Origin: Tubulanus polymorphus
Lineage: Eukaryota; Animalia; Nemertea
Direction: 5' to 3'
Assembly (NCBI RefSeq): GCF_964204645.1
Contig: NC_134027.1
Location: forward strand, 27,180,560-27,244,559
DNA: 64,000 nucleotides
Below are positions 26,123 to 39,725 of this stretch, one piece after another. A program made the translations under genes and the position numbers. The notes beneath the pieces are model-generated. The model was not told the DNA's origin and made no database searches. It was given only the letters and a program-made list of their open reading frames with translations. The stretch's first letter is position 1. The number at the start of each line of letters is the position of its first letter.

Positions 26123-28353
26123 AAATGAATAAAGGTTATGGATTGGTTCACATTAGGTTAGGTTTATTGAATGTCATTGTAATTTTTCCGAGTCTCAAAA
26201 CAGTTTTCAGCTGTAGCCAAATCTCTCCCACAAGGGATATCTTTACATCATTTTCACCTTATTTGAATTTTCATCTGATATGAAATTCAAATATGGCTCA
26301 GAAATGCCATAGTTTCGCTTTCATCAAGGGCAGAAATTATAGATGACGAATAACTATGAGTAAGAGCTGAACTGGGAGAGCTCTCTCTCTCTTTCTCTTT
26401 CTTTCTGTGTGCGTCACATGAGCGGTATATTCTGTTATCTATGTGATTCCATCTTAATGGCCGGATCATAGCTAAGCATGTGCAGAAAGACAAAATGCTT
26501 TCTTAATCTGACTTGCATGAAACCAGTAACCTTAGCTGCCCGACTGCTACAGGACTGTTTTATCCAACTGATCATATCTGTATAAATGGTCGGATAAGAA
26601 CGTGTTGTATTTGCAATCATCAACTGAATTTTAGAATCACAAATTATAGCTAGCTATCCGCTGCTGTCATTTGTGTTAATGTTGAAATATACGTCTCATT
26701 AAAAACCTGTTTATCTTTAGAAAAAGGTCGCGTCGAATCATGAAAAAAAGAGAAACCGGCTGCACGACCATCATCCAGTCTCGTGTAGTGATGTTCGGAG
26801 TTCGTCACGCTACGCGGAGCCCTCCTAAATTCACACACAACTCGAGTGGGCGTTTGTAACAAAAAACTTTAACTCGAATTGAGCAGCGAAACGTTAAAAC
26901 AATCAGCTTTAAATTGAACGATGTCAAACGGTCCAGAGATTCTATTTAGAAATGTTTAAACTGTGACTATTTATCAATAATTTGTCGTTTGTTCAAGTTG
27001 AAAGCGTTCACCAGAAAATCCTCTCAAAGCACCTTTTACAATAATTGTTAATCCGGTGTCCTGTGAAAAAGAGAACTCAATGACCCAACAACCAAACACT
27101 GAGATTTCACATTCAGTTGCTAGGTCGGAGTCGGTGTGGGCTGTAACTATTCGTTGACAGTCCAGCATCACCGAACAGCAGAGGAGGGTATCGGGGTCCT
27201 CAGAAAATCTTACAGGATATTTTACCTCTCACATCTCATCTGAGCATTTCTGAGGCTGGACATCAAATTAACTTTTAGCCCTAAGTAAGAGGATCCTATT
27301 ATATTTGAATTTTGTCCATGCACCACTCAAGTGGTCGATCGGATCCCTCTTGATAACCCGGATACCATTTCGATATTTGACTGTTTGTCTCAGACGTTTC
27401 TGTGATATAGATATATGAATGACATGACGTCATCAGTCTCTGCAATACTACGTTTATCTGGTGCGTTCAGCTGATTGATGAGATATAAAAACTGTGGTCA
27501 ATATTGATGATATTTTTGTAGGTTGTAACATGCATGATTGATTCTCTCTGAGACTGGATGCTAGTCTGGGTCTCACTGTGAGAGGCTGACAGTATTCTGA
27601 CAGCCAAGACAGAAATATCAAACATTAAAAAAAACGTTTTCTTTTCGTTTCGAGTCACGAATTTATTCATTTCAAAGCGATGCTTGATAAGTAAACAACT
27701 TTGAAAATATAAATTCAATTTTTTTTACAATTTATATCTAATTCAATCTAACTTCATCTATTTCTAAATTCTAAAATAGGCCTTCAACGTTCAAAACAGG
27801 AATGCACAAAAATATGTATTCCAAAATGCGCGGATATTGAAAGTATTTTTCGAGTCGGAATAAACAATAAGTTTTCTTGATAAGTAATTTTCGAGGTTTG
27901 TTTCGAGTTCGGAATAAACCTCAAATTCTTTTCTACAAATATGTTCTCAGATCGACGGTATGAAGACGATGTTGCTGCTGTCAGCGCCACACACAGTGTT
28001 CGGTTACCAGGCTGTGGTAGTAGTCGCTATCATCATTCACCCGCTCATCTATTGTTCCGTGCTACTGTTATTTTAACCGTTTAATCTCAATTCAAATCGC
28101 AATCTAAATTTCAAATTCTAATCTAAGAAGATCAAGATCGTTGAGAGATTAGCTAATCTAAGTTAGAGCATAGCTTTGTGTTCATATTTGATCGACAAGT
28201 TTCTAATTCTTTCCTGATGAGAACAAACTGCATTCGATCGCTTTATTTATAAAATCTCCAACACTTTTCCATGTTTAGAAAATGAGCATGATTTATTATT
28301 CTATCATACTACACATTACTCCAAACGGTTAATACTGTTATTTCAATTGAATC

Positions 28354-28487
28354 CCTCTCCCTCTCCCTCTCCCCCTCCCTCTCCCTTTCCTGGCTCTCCT
28401 GGCTCTCCTGGCTCTCCCTCTCCCTCTCCCTCTCCCTCTCCCTCTCCCTCTCCCTCTCCCTCTCCCTCTCCTTCTCCCTCTCCCTCT
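28354..28487. repeat. (CCCTCT)n microsatellite
   Basis: Direct inspection. Confidence 0.95.
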
Positions 28488-30702
28488 ACAAAACTCAAAA
28501 ACTCATTGATCATTTTTCTACGTTTGTAATGTGTTACGTTTTGACGTCATTGACGTTAGCTATTATGCGGTACCCGGAAGCAACGTTTAATTACGGAACG
28601 TATGATAAATTATTGCGCAAGTTATCTCTCATAGCGACAACAGGTGTCCTCAATGGCAGGCGACAGTTTTAATAAAATCGTTACAACATTAACTTATCTC
28701 TCATTCAAAATTCAATAAGCTGCAAAGAAGTAAAAATCATCTGTTTATTCAGTGTTATTTCTTGGACGCGACCTCCGAGACGATCTGTCTGATATGTAAA
28801 TACGGGATTCACTGCGGCATTAATTTTAGAGATTATGACTGAAACTGAATTTACAAACAGACGATTATTAGTTCGACTCGACTGGCGGACAATAAACTGT
28901 GAAAATTGATGCGTTCCTTCGCATTGTTGACGTTTTGTTGATTCAATTTGTTCTTTCCAGTTTGATATTGCGCAGTTTGTATAGTGAGGCTTGTAATGCA
29001 CATGTAATACGTGTTAAGATGGAGAATTTAGTAGAATCAATTTGAGTGTAAATTCTGTTCTTTACACTTCAGTGAATTGGATATACAAAAAACCAATAGC
29101 CCATTTTAAGGTTTGGTCTCGCGCTCGAAATGTCGTCTAAAATAAATACAATTTCGGTGACTTTTTCCACAATTCGCATCGTAAAAAATATAACGGGTCT
29201 TTATATTTGTGACAGCTGTTTGTGATAAGGTTCATGCATTTCAGACGTTGCAGCAAATCAGGGAGTATTTCAAATTCTATGATTCCTGGACCGATCCAAA
29301 TTATCAACTGTGAAATCAAAAAGATGCGACACGCAAGCAACTGGTGGAGTGCCATATTGCATCGAGAAAATACCGGGAAAACAAGAGTCCCACCGATAGA
29401 GATAATTAGTTTCTGAAGACAGTTTCTACAGACGCCGAAACCTATCAGATCGCACTCAACAAAAGGAGCGAAATCAGTATTTCAGATCGCCAGTAACACA
29501 TGGTGTTAGAATAATATTCACCATCACGACATTACGATGTGTAAGTTAGATAGGTTTATTGGGAGAATGATCAGCCAGAAATCCAGCGACGTTTCTGCAA
29601 CACGCCGCGACCTGTGATAACGGGTCTATCGGCCTGAAATATCTAAAACACATTCGGGTCATTGTTCGACGACGGCTTCGTGCAGTTTTCCGTTTCGATC
29701 GTGACTAGCGTAGTTTCATACGGCGATTATTCTTCATCTGCGGTGAGACGCGCGACGCAGAACGTCGTTCATTGTCACAAATCAATCAAGTTTATATAAT
29801 ACAGGCCAAATGCGCCGAATTTATTTTATTGAGAAACAAACATGCTCTAAACTTCTTGAAGGCCACCAGAAAATCTGGTGCCTACAACGGATATCCGGAC
29901 TCCGAGATATAATGGGTTCGAGCCTATGCACATGACTTCAAAGATAGTCTTTTCAAAATGAAATATTCCCACGTCTGAAAGAATGAAATAACAGACAAGT
30001 GAATGTAGCAACTCGCTCTGATTGTATTGCGTCTATTTGGAGAGGGAGAGAGAGGGAGAGAGAGGGAGAGAGGGAGAGAGAGAGGTGAAATAAAAGACGT
30101 TAGTCTACTAGAAAAATACTGACACCCCCTCGTGACAGTAATTGGATCAATTCTAAGTTATTTAACTTTGTTCCTGACGTTACATTAAGGGTTCCGGGTT
30201 GATACAGTGTGCTGCGCGTAACGCACACCAATCGAGGTAAACCATTAAACACGTGTCATATACAATAGGATGCGACTAGTTGGCACACGTGCACACTAGC
30301 GCACACTAGTCAACCCCGAATTAGAAAAAAACATTCAATAAATTGGTGAGAATTTATACGGTTTGTTCTGTGGCGTTGTCAACCGACTGCCATCACGATT
30401 GGAGTTATATTAGTTTTGTATAGGGAACGCGTGCGCCATGGAATAGGCACCATCCAGTTACTGCTGTTTAAATCTATTCAAAATCGTATTACAAAACGGT
30501 TAAATTTCGAATTAAATTTGTCTCTAGGCCCAGTTCAGATATGAACATACGGTCTTGAGGTGTTATATTAGTGATAGAGCCAAAAGGCTGGACTCCGAGT
30601 CTTGACGGTGTCAGCTCCACCGACGACAGTTGCGCAGTCTTAAGATTTTTCTATTAGCCTATATATAGACAATGAGCATGTTGGTTCTATTGTCAATCTT
30701 AC

Positions 30703-31931
30703 GATTTAAGACCGGTCTAAAATCATTTTGGTTCTATAACTAATCAAACATTTAAAGAACAATCTAAGCTGATTTTGGTTTTATAACCAATTTTACAAAT
30801 TCAGACCAGTTTAAGCTGATTTTGGTTCTATAACCAATCTAACAACTTAAGACCAGTCTAAACTCATTTTGGTTTTATCACCAATCTAACAACTTAAGAC
30901 CAGGCTAAGCTCATTTTGGTTCTATAGCCAATCTAACAAGTTCAGAAAAGTCTAATCTCATTTTGGTAAACAACTTAAAACCAGTCTAAGCTCATTTTGG
31001 TTCTATAACCAATCTAACAACTTCAGAAAAGTCTAATCTCATTTTTGGTTCTATAACCAATCTAACAATTTAAGACCAGTCTAAGCTCATTTTGGTTCTA
31101 TAACCAATCTAACAACTTCAGAAAAGTCTAATCTCATTTTTGGTTCTATAACCAATCTAACAATTTAAGACCAGTCTAAGCTCATTTTGGTTCTATAACC
31201 AATCTAACAACTTCAGAAAAGTCTAATCTCATTTTTGGTTCTATAACCAATCTAACAATTTAAGACCAGGCTAAGCTCATTTTGGTTCTATAACCAATCT
31301 AACAACTTCAGAAAAGTCTAATCTCATTTTTGGTTCTATAACCAATCTAACAATTTAAGACCAGTCTAAGCTCATTTTGGTTCTATAACCAATCTAACAA
31401 CTTCAGAAAAGTCTAATCTCATTTTTGGTTCTATAACCAATCTAACAATTTAAGACCAGTCTAAGCTCATTTTGGTTCTATAACCAATCTAACAACTTCA
31501 GAAAAGTCTAATCTCATTTTTGGTTCTATAACCAATCTAACAATTTAAGACCAGTCTAAGCTCATTTTGGTTCTATAACCAATCTAACAACTTCAGAAAA
31601 GTCTAATCTCATTTTTGGTTCTATAACCAATCTAACAATTTAAGACCAGTCTAAGCTCATTTTGGTTCTATAACCAATCTAACAACTTCAGAAAAGTCTA
31701 ATCTCATTTTTGGTTCTATAACCAATCTAACAATTTAAGACCAGTCTAAGCTCATTTTGGTTCTATAACCAATCTAACAACTTCAGAAAAGTCTAATCTC
31801 ATTTTTGGTTCTATAACCAATCTAACAATTTAAGACCAGTCTAAGCTCATTTTGGTTCTATAACCAATCTAACAACTTCAGAAAAGTCTAATCTCATTTT
31901 TGGTTCTATAACCAATCTAACAATTTAAGAC
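30703..31931. repeat. Satellite array of 47/48-bp monomers forming a 95-bp higher-order repeat
   Basis: Monomer A TAAGACCAGTCTAAGCTCATTTTGGTTCTATAACCAATCTAACAACT alternates with monomer B TCAGAAAAGTCTAATCTCATTTTTGGTTCTATAACCAATCTAACAATT. Nine near-identical dimers start at 31071 with period 95; more diverged monomers lie to the left. Confidence 0.96.
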
Positions 31932-32778
31932 ATGGTTCAAGGCAATTTTACAACCTCAGTTTTAGGTCGAATTGCGAAAACAAGTTCAGTTTCATAGATC
32001 TGGGTGCATTATAAAATATGTCACTTGATTACTTTACAATTTATCGATTGAGGATCGATTCTGCGACAAGTCGTTTGAAACACAATAGGATGATGAACCA
32101 TATTTCTGTTCTATTCGTTTCCTGCAGCCGTTTTTAGATTTTAGAACAATTAAAAATAGAGTGGGCGGTTTGGGACTTTTTTTGCGACGTAAACGTGGTG
32201 ATAAATTTAGCACAGATTGGTGAAACATGACATTGAACAGTGGTCCATCGTGTAGGGCCAGTTACTTCAAATACTCCTGGATGAATAACGATTTTTAAAT
32301 TATAACTGGTCGCCAGATTTTACGTGACTATTTGAAGCTGTAACGGTTGTTTATTTCCGCCTGTTTCCGGCATTTTACGACATGGCGTCTGAATTGTTGA
32401 AAAAAACACACCACGTGACCGGGTCACCACCAGCGACTGTCACGTGTCCTGGAAAGTAAAATCGAATAGTGACACGCACCTCGCGAACTGATAACCATGT
32501 CGTTCTAATAAAATAACAATCTCAAACAAAAAGCACTTGTTAACTAAAAAAATATACATTTCTGAACTCGTTATAAATTAATTTATTTCTCGTACGATTT
32601 ACATTTTGTCACAAAGATTAATCAACGCGCGCATTACAATATCAGAGATAACCTGTTATCTTATCATCACGAGATTTTACAATGGAAATTATGCATAAAA
32701 AGATGCACCGGTCATATTTCAAAATATAGAAACATCTCCCGCACTTCTATCAGTTCTCTCGTGAAATCTTGGGCCCTG

Positions 32779-32885
32779 GGCCCAGTTTCACAGAAGGGAT
32801 TAAGGCCTAAATCGATTTAAGATAAACTGAATAAATAAAGATATTAAATCGATTAAAGAGTTAAACCTTTTTGTGAAACTGGGCC
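32779..32885. mobile_element. PIF/Harbinger-like MITE with CTG target-site duplication
   Basis: CTG|GGCCCAGTTTCACA...TGTGAAACTGGGCC|CTG. Confidence 0.75.
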
Positions 32886-33285
32886 CTGTAATCAGGCGAA
32901 CTGCTTTTACACCAGGTAAGTACGGCTCCTCCACAAAGAACTATTTGAAAAAGAAGCTTGAAATTCATCATTCGCGCTATAATTAACTATTTATGCGATA
33001 AACCTTTACACAAGCGATCAATATTTCATTAATCCGAATTCACTTAATTAATAGAACGTGTTATCCGGTAATTTTCTGTTGTAATCGCTATTTCCGAGAC
33101 AAGATCCGACCCGAGGTCTGAAAATATCCGCCGGCTACCAGTTTATTATCCTTATTAACTCGACGAGTAGAGCTTCTTTCCTTTGTTAGAATGACGATAA
33201 GCAGCGAAATAGAAGGGCGAAGTATGACAGAAGCTGACCAAGTACAGAGTTAGAGAACTAATAACTAAAACGAGAATAAGGGCAC

Positions 33286-33389
33286 AGAGAGAGACAGAGA
33301 GAGAGAGACAGAGAGACAGAGGCAGAGAGAGAGAGAGAGGGGAGGAGGGAAAGAGAGAGAGAGAGAGAGAGAGAGGAGGGAGCGAGAGA
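33286..33389. repeat. (GA)n-rich microsatellite
   Basis: Direct inspection. Similar tracts at 30040-30085, 20763-20778 and 52263-52305. Confidence 0.9.
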
Positions 33390-33645
33390 CTTGTGAGGCT
33401 ACAGTGTCTACATTACGCTAATTACGTTTCGAAATCAAAGCAACATCTGACAAAAATGAATTCAACCGGAATAAAACGAGCCGTAGGAAAAAGTGACACA
33501 AATTAAAACACAGAATTCTAGCAACTTGACGGAGTTTGGACTCGATTTGTTGTAACACACTTTCATATGAGTAAAAGCCTTACGTATTATTGTAAGAGTC
33601 CCACAAGAATAATAAGAGGCCTAATAGTCAACATCAGGAATCCTG

Positions 33646-33757
33646 GGCCTGGTATTATAGACTGGTATTACCTTTAACACGGAGGTTAACTTTAATTGAA
33701 AATGAATTAGTGTTAAATAAACGGGTTAAAGTTAATACGAGTCTATAAAATCGGGCC
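33646..33757. mobile_element. PIF/Harbinger-like MITE with CTG target-site duplication
   Basis: CTG|GGCCTGGTATTATAGAC...GTCTATAAAATCGGGCC|CTG. Confidence 0.7.
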
Positions 33758-36700
33758 CTGAAGTATTCCTGAAGATGACTGATAGGATGTTGAAATAAAC
33801 TACTAGCTCACGGAAACTTTTCAGACTCGTTTTCCAGTTTTCATTTTATAGGATTTTATATTAAGGTTACAACATGGAATCTGATTGTTTTATCAATAAT
33901 GTTGATTGATAAAATTGCAATTTCATCCCCATCTCTTTTGCGTTCTTTAAGTATCAAAGTCCAAAACAAGCGGATAATAAAACATAGACATTAACTGTAT
34001 TAATCTGTTTAACCGTTATAAAAAATCCCACACTATAAGACGGAAACGTAGAGTCCGAAATTTCCCGTGTAGTTTGGGATTTTATATCATCGTTAAAACT
34101 CGGCAGTGTATCAACAATGGTTGAACGACACTTTTCTTTCGATCCAACCCCAAGACATTGAATTCTTTTCCGCGTTTCAGTTTTCTCTAGATAAATAAAT
34201 CTTGATTGAAATATCATCGAATACGAATTGAATGAGAAGGAAATTGAATTGAATCTTATTGAGACGTTGAAAAGAATGAAGTTGGATCTGCTGCGGTCTG
34301 CGCGTAACAAGACCTTTTAAAATGTGACTTTTGGCTTTTTTAAGCTTTATTGTTTACCGTCGATAGAAAACTGAACTGAATTGTTTAATTGAATAGAATT
34401 ATAATCTGATAGTTAACACATCAATTGAAGGGATATAATAGAAATAGCGTCTTCATCGTTTGACGTATGGTTCCTTCTGCTAAACAATATTATCTAACAT
34501 TAACACGGTGGCGTCAGAGATGGAACCGATCGCGCGTTCATTTCGAGTGGTTTTCCGTAATCCTCGCACAATAACGTAACTTATGCCTGCGTTTCACCCG
34601 ATAAATTCAACGTTAACGTCGTTATCAACGTTACGCGCACGTGATAACGGGCGGCTCCGTTAGCGTTCAGCCACTAGTTCCCGCGTAAAACATTCCCGCC
34701 CATTTCTGATGAAGCCGGTTGATTGGTCGCGTGTTGATTCCAGTAACCACTGTTCGGCCCGCTGCATTACGAATTCAACCTGGAAATGGCTTTTTTCAAA
34801 AGATGTGTATCGTGGATATTAATTCTCCGCTATCGATCATTAAACTGGAACGAGTGATAAACATATTTAATTTGGCGAGACCGTATATAACTTCAGCGAC
34901 TATCGCAATCAGGAATTATACGGGCAAGGCGTGTAGGAGAGAGATAAGGTAAGAACGATGCACTATCTGTAGCCGCGCAGGACGAGAGCCACTATCACCA
35001 ACACTAGGGAGATACTGGTCAGATTAAGATAGGGTCCCGATTATCGAGGATATTCCGACTCTGACAACTTCAGAGCTTGCCGTCGCGGCTCGACGATGCT
35101 ACAGTTTTTCGATGCTTATTTTATGATATGTCTTCAATGACAAGATAAAAAGCATATTTATTATACTTCGAGAAATTTAGCTGGAGAAGGATTTTTCGGC
35201 AATTCGGGATCAGTGAACACGACTCTGTAGGGAGATACTGATATCATTACTCATTCATTGTGACACTCTAAGCCGATCTGGTTTATAGTAAACCATACAT
35301 CGCGCTACTATAGCTTTTTTATTTATCAACGAAAATCGGTGCGGATTAATTTGGTAAAAACGAGAAAAAAAACGAACGGAAAAACGTTTCATTCAAAATT
35401 TGCTTATCGAAGTTTTTTTTTTATCGAACTTTATTTTGGACATTTTGATTGGCAAACTCGAGTATAATCTGAATATATCGTAAGTTCCTCGTGTTGGTAT
35501 CAATCATTAGTGGCTCGCGGCTGGTATATCGGTATGTCTTATTTCATTTTATATGTTAGTTTTATTATCATATCTTTAAATTAAACTTGTATTTTATGAT
35601 ATCTGTTGTGCAATATAATGAAGGCCTAAATTTTGACTTACACCGGTAAAATTTCGTCGAGTATTCGGAAATTTTCATCAAAGATTTTATTTTGCTTCGT
35701 GAACACTTTTCATCACATATAGATATATAATTAGAACCAAATGGACTTCACTCTGACAATGTTTCCCAGGCGACCCATGTCAGCTCTGAAAACAAATTCT
35801 GATTTTTAACGATATTTTCTAAAAGACTGTTGCGATATTTAAGTGTGAATGGTTAATGAATGCTGCCTATCAATTTTCGTGCGGTTAAATTAAAAACCTA
35901 TTTCATCATTGATCATCATCCCGACCACAGATTTCTAGGCGCGCGCGCCAACACCTTCTTAAAACATACGCTTCGCGTGCAAGGCCGCGTGGATCTTTAC
36001 AAAATCTATATCAAAGTCAGTATGAGACAGTTTTTATCTTCTCGCCGCCTGTATCGAACAGAGAGGAGTTCGGGAACAATTAAAACTGCAGTAACTGACT
36101 ACCTACGGCGTAATTCTATATCTAAATACCGCGTTCTTTATTTTAAATGGCGCTTTATTTTATAAAGACGCCCCGGCGCGACTTTATAATGACGACAAAC
36201 TGTCGTAAGGTATAATCGGAGGTTAGACCAGAAATTGTTAAGTTAGCGGCAGAGACTGGATGAGACCGGTGTCGGTATTAGATCGACGAGTGGCGGACAA
36301 TACGGTCCTGAATCTCAGTGCGTGTCAGAACGGCGCCCGGTCCCAGGCGTGCACTGTTTCTGCAGCTCACGCAGGTGCACACAACGGACCCGATCGCCAC
36401 CCGCTGCATCCGGTTAACTTTTAAATCCGTGACTTCACCTGCAAAGTTTGAAAAAAAAATGGGAAAAAAATTCGGCGTCAATTTGACTTACTTTTATCGC
36501 GAACATTTTTGTGCACGCGTGAAAATAAGAGTTGTTTGAAATGCGAGAAGGAGAAACGCTATGAAGTTTTTAATTTGGTTGCGTGAAATTTTGTCGAATC
36601 GATTTATACTTGGTTTACTAAATTTTATTCGGCAAATTCTTGGTCTTTCTTATCTACAAAAGTCAATTCGGTTTTTCAAAAATATATACACGTTAAATAA

Positions 36701-38613
36701 TGAATATAGTTGGATATTGCGTGTGAGCAGAGGTATAGGGGAGGTATAGGGGAGGTATAGGGGAACGTGTGAAAAGTCTCCTGATTCTACTGGCAGAAAT
36801 TTGAAATTCAAAAATGATAAAAGCAAGAAATACTCAGGACATTACAAGACAGTAGTTGGACTTTATTTTCTACTTTTCATTCATGATTTTTTTTCAATGT
36901 TGGTTATTTTTGTCAGGGTGGACACGAGACGAGTCGGGTGACGGATCGGGTCGTCACTGCGTTTCAAATACAATTCATACCATTGAAAACTATCATCACC
37001 TTTTGATGGAAACCAATGTTTCCGAGTTCCCAACAACCACAAAACCGCGCTACTGTCAGTCGCACCCGCTTTCTATTTCAAAACATTAAAAAAACGATAA
37101 CAAAAGTCAAAAACCGTCGAGCAACAACAGTGTTAAAAATACACACTCGAATTGTTAAAGCACAAATCGGAAACAACTGTCAAAATCCGATTGAAAAGGT
37201 GATTGAATTTATGACTCGTAAACAATACGTTCGATTCTATACCCTCGGTTGGACGCCAGAGATGATCCAATTTCAAAGTCACCTCCTTTTGTGATAGCGT
37301 CTTTATTTAATCGCTCGCTTGCCGAAGGTCGCTTTTACAATTCACGTAATTCACCGTAAGAAATTAAATCACAATTTTAGCATTTGAAATTCGAGAATCG
37401 CTTGGAGCCTTATCTCCATGCCGCGACCAACGCGTACACGGCGACCAATTAAAATTATATTTCAATAAAGTTTTATTCAGTTGCACGCGTGCGCCACATC
37501 CGCACCCGAAACCACTGTTTCATAAATACAAAAATTATCTCACAGTTCTTCATATTTTCGCTCGGATAAATACGATTTCAATTCGACTTTTGTTCCCTGT
37601 GAGATCTCGTGGCGATTTCTCATAACCGCCGTTACGCGACCTGACGCATTCATCACAATTTCATTAGCACAAAAACCGTTTGTCATTTTTTTAACAAAGC
37701 CCAAACGGAGCCGAAACGGGGGTCTGTTTAACACGGCTTAATCCACCTCAAAATCGTCGTTAATCGCTGTAAAACAGGTGCGCGACGAAGACTCGATTAC
37801 GGATCGTTTCATTCGAACAGTTCTCGTCTCCGTCTTCGGTTTCCGCTCGATTTTAAAATCTTAAAACTTCATTCGAGCAAAGATAATCTCGCGGTGCGAC
37901 GTGTTATAAGAAAAAATTATGACTTCAATTTTTGTAACAAAAGCGTCTCGATCTCGAGAGCGTCGAAAACATTTCCATAATCTGAAATACGCAAAATTTA
38001 GCGAGTTTTAATTGCCTCAATCAAACGCACTGCATTAGAGTAAAGCGTATAAATTTGGGAATTTACTAAAGCATAAAATTGAACAATAAGCATTTTTATT
38101 CTGTTAGGATTTTGTCGGTTTGGTGTAATGTGTTTATACTCGACTAACAGCTGTTAAACTAGGATCCGTGTTGAAAGAGATTCTGTTCCTAGAGAAACAT
38201 CAATTTTACGGTCGATTTTAAGAAAAGTTCAATGAAGCGAGAATTGTCGTCTCGCGGGATTAGATCTATACACATCCGCACGAGTCAAAGATGGACAGAA
38301 TTGGCCATGGATTCGTCTTGGCTCTCGTTCTAAGTGATCCCGCGGGATCTAGTCCCAGTCAAAAACGCGGTAATTCCGATTTTATGGAGGGTTTCTGACT
38401 CGGCGACGGGTGTCACTAAAATCCTCGCGAGATTCCAGATTTACATGTACTTAAATGGCTTTTCATAAGCGCAACGTTTGTACAAGATGGACAAATTTGG
38501 CCCATTATTCTGTGCGCTAGAGCGTACTCAAACTTACAATGGACAGGCTTACCGTCATCTGTCGAGTGATGTCCCTTGAATATCTGTTCGTCTTAGACGA
38601 TTCTTCATAAATC

Positions 38614-38942
38614 ATTAATTCTCTCCTCATTCGATCAAACAGTTATCGAACATTTATTACAATATTTTACTACGAATTATTGCAAGAATTTGTCAAAATT
38701 TCCTCGAATTTAGACCCGAGAAAATTAAGATTTTTATTATATTTGATTAGAACATCGGGCGCTAGATAGGAGAATTAATTCTCTCTTCTTTCGATTCGAT
38801 GTTTCTTCAAACAATTATAGAACATTTATTACAATATTTACTTACAATTTACTTACAGTTAAATTTCCTCGTATTAAGACCCGAGGAAATTACGAATTTT
38901 TATTATATTCAAAATTAAAACATCGGGCTTTAGATAGGAGGA
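38614..38942. repeat. Diverged tandem duplication of ~160 bp
   Basis: ATTAATTCTCTC...GAACATTTATTACAATATTT...AGACCCGAG...ACATCGGGC..TAGATAGGAG occurs twice, head to tail. Confidence 0.8.
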
Positions 38943-39425
38943 GGGGGGGGGGGGGGGTGACACTAAATATTGACACAAGTGAATATATGGAATTATTACA
39001 TTTGTGTCTTCGGTCTATTTATTGTTGAATTCACATGTAATTAGCCACGGGTAAATATTTTATTCGTGAAATAATTGACGAACGGAAAATAGAAATCAAA
39101 CTCTTATTGTTAATAATTAGGTCTTAATAAACCGTGATTGTTGACAACCTGCAGGCCACTAATTATTCGAATAAAAGTCTCTATTTTCTGCTTGATGAAT
39201 TCGCGTCTATTTTTACAATAGTTGTTTATGGTTTTAATGAAGGACTTCCGTGTAACGTTAACTCGCTATTATCCCGTTTTGTAACCGTTAAATTTGACAT
39301 CTCCTAATGAGACGCCGAGACGCGCTGCGTTATTAACTTCCTTTCATTGATAACTTCCGTCTGAAATGACGATCTACTAATAATATCACTAATTAGACAG
39401 AAATCCGCCGTGTCAAATAAACACT

Positions 39426-39725
39426 TGTTAAACCCGCGGTGAAAAAAGAAAGATTTGAAACTTCGAAGATTTATTAGAAAGAACTCAGAATTTCGGTTTT
39501 CAAGTTAATACCAATCAATTATCCAGGTATAATGGTTTTTTGCTTGAACATACAATGAAAAGATTTAAGCCTCGGAAAAGTTTATAGAAATTGCCGAATT
39601 TTCGGTTTCCAACTAAAAACTATCAACCCTTGATGATAGTTTTCCTTTAAGAACTAAAAATTCTGAGTTTTAAATAAATCTTTTGATATTCTAAATCTTT
39701 CGGTTTTTTCGTCGCGGATTTGACA
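39426..39725. mobile_element. Old fold-back/MITE with ~65-bp degenerate inverted arms
   Basis: TGTTAAACCCGCG...AAAGATTT...AGATTTATT...AACTCAGAATTT is mirrored by AAATTCTGAGTT...AATAAATCT...AAATCTTTC...CGCGGATTTGACA. Confidence 0.55.

Noticed and set aside
28347-28529. Ser-Pro repeat ORF
   Set aside because: Translation of the (CCCTCT)n microsatellite.
30703-31931. Regularly spaced palindromic repeats resembling a CRISPR array
   Set aside because: No unique spacers (pure tandem A/B monomers), eukaryotic context, and no cas genes.
35860-37734. Cluster of 60-100 aa ORFs upstream of GATA123
   Set aside because: No recognisable domain or consistent exon chain; more likely regulatory or UTR sequence.
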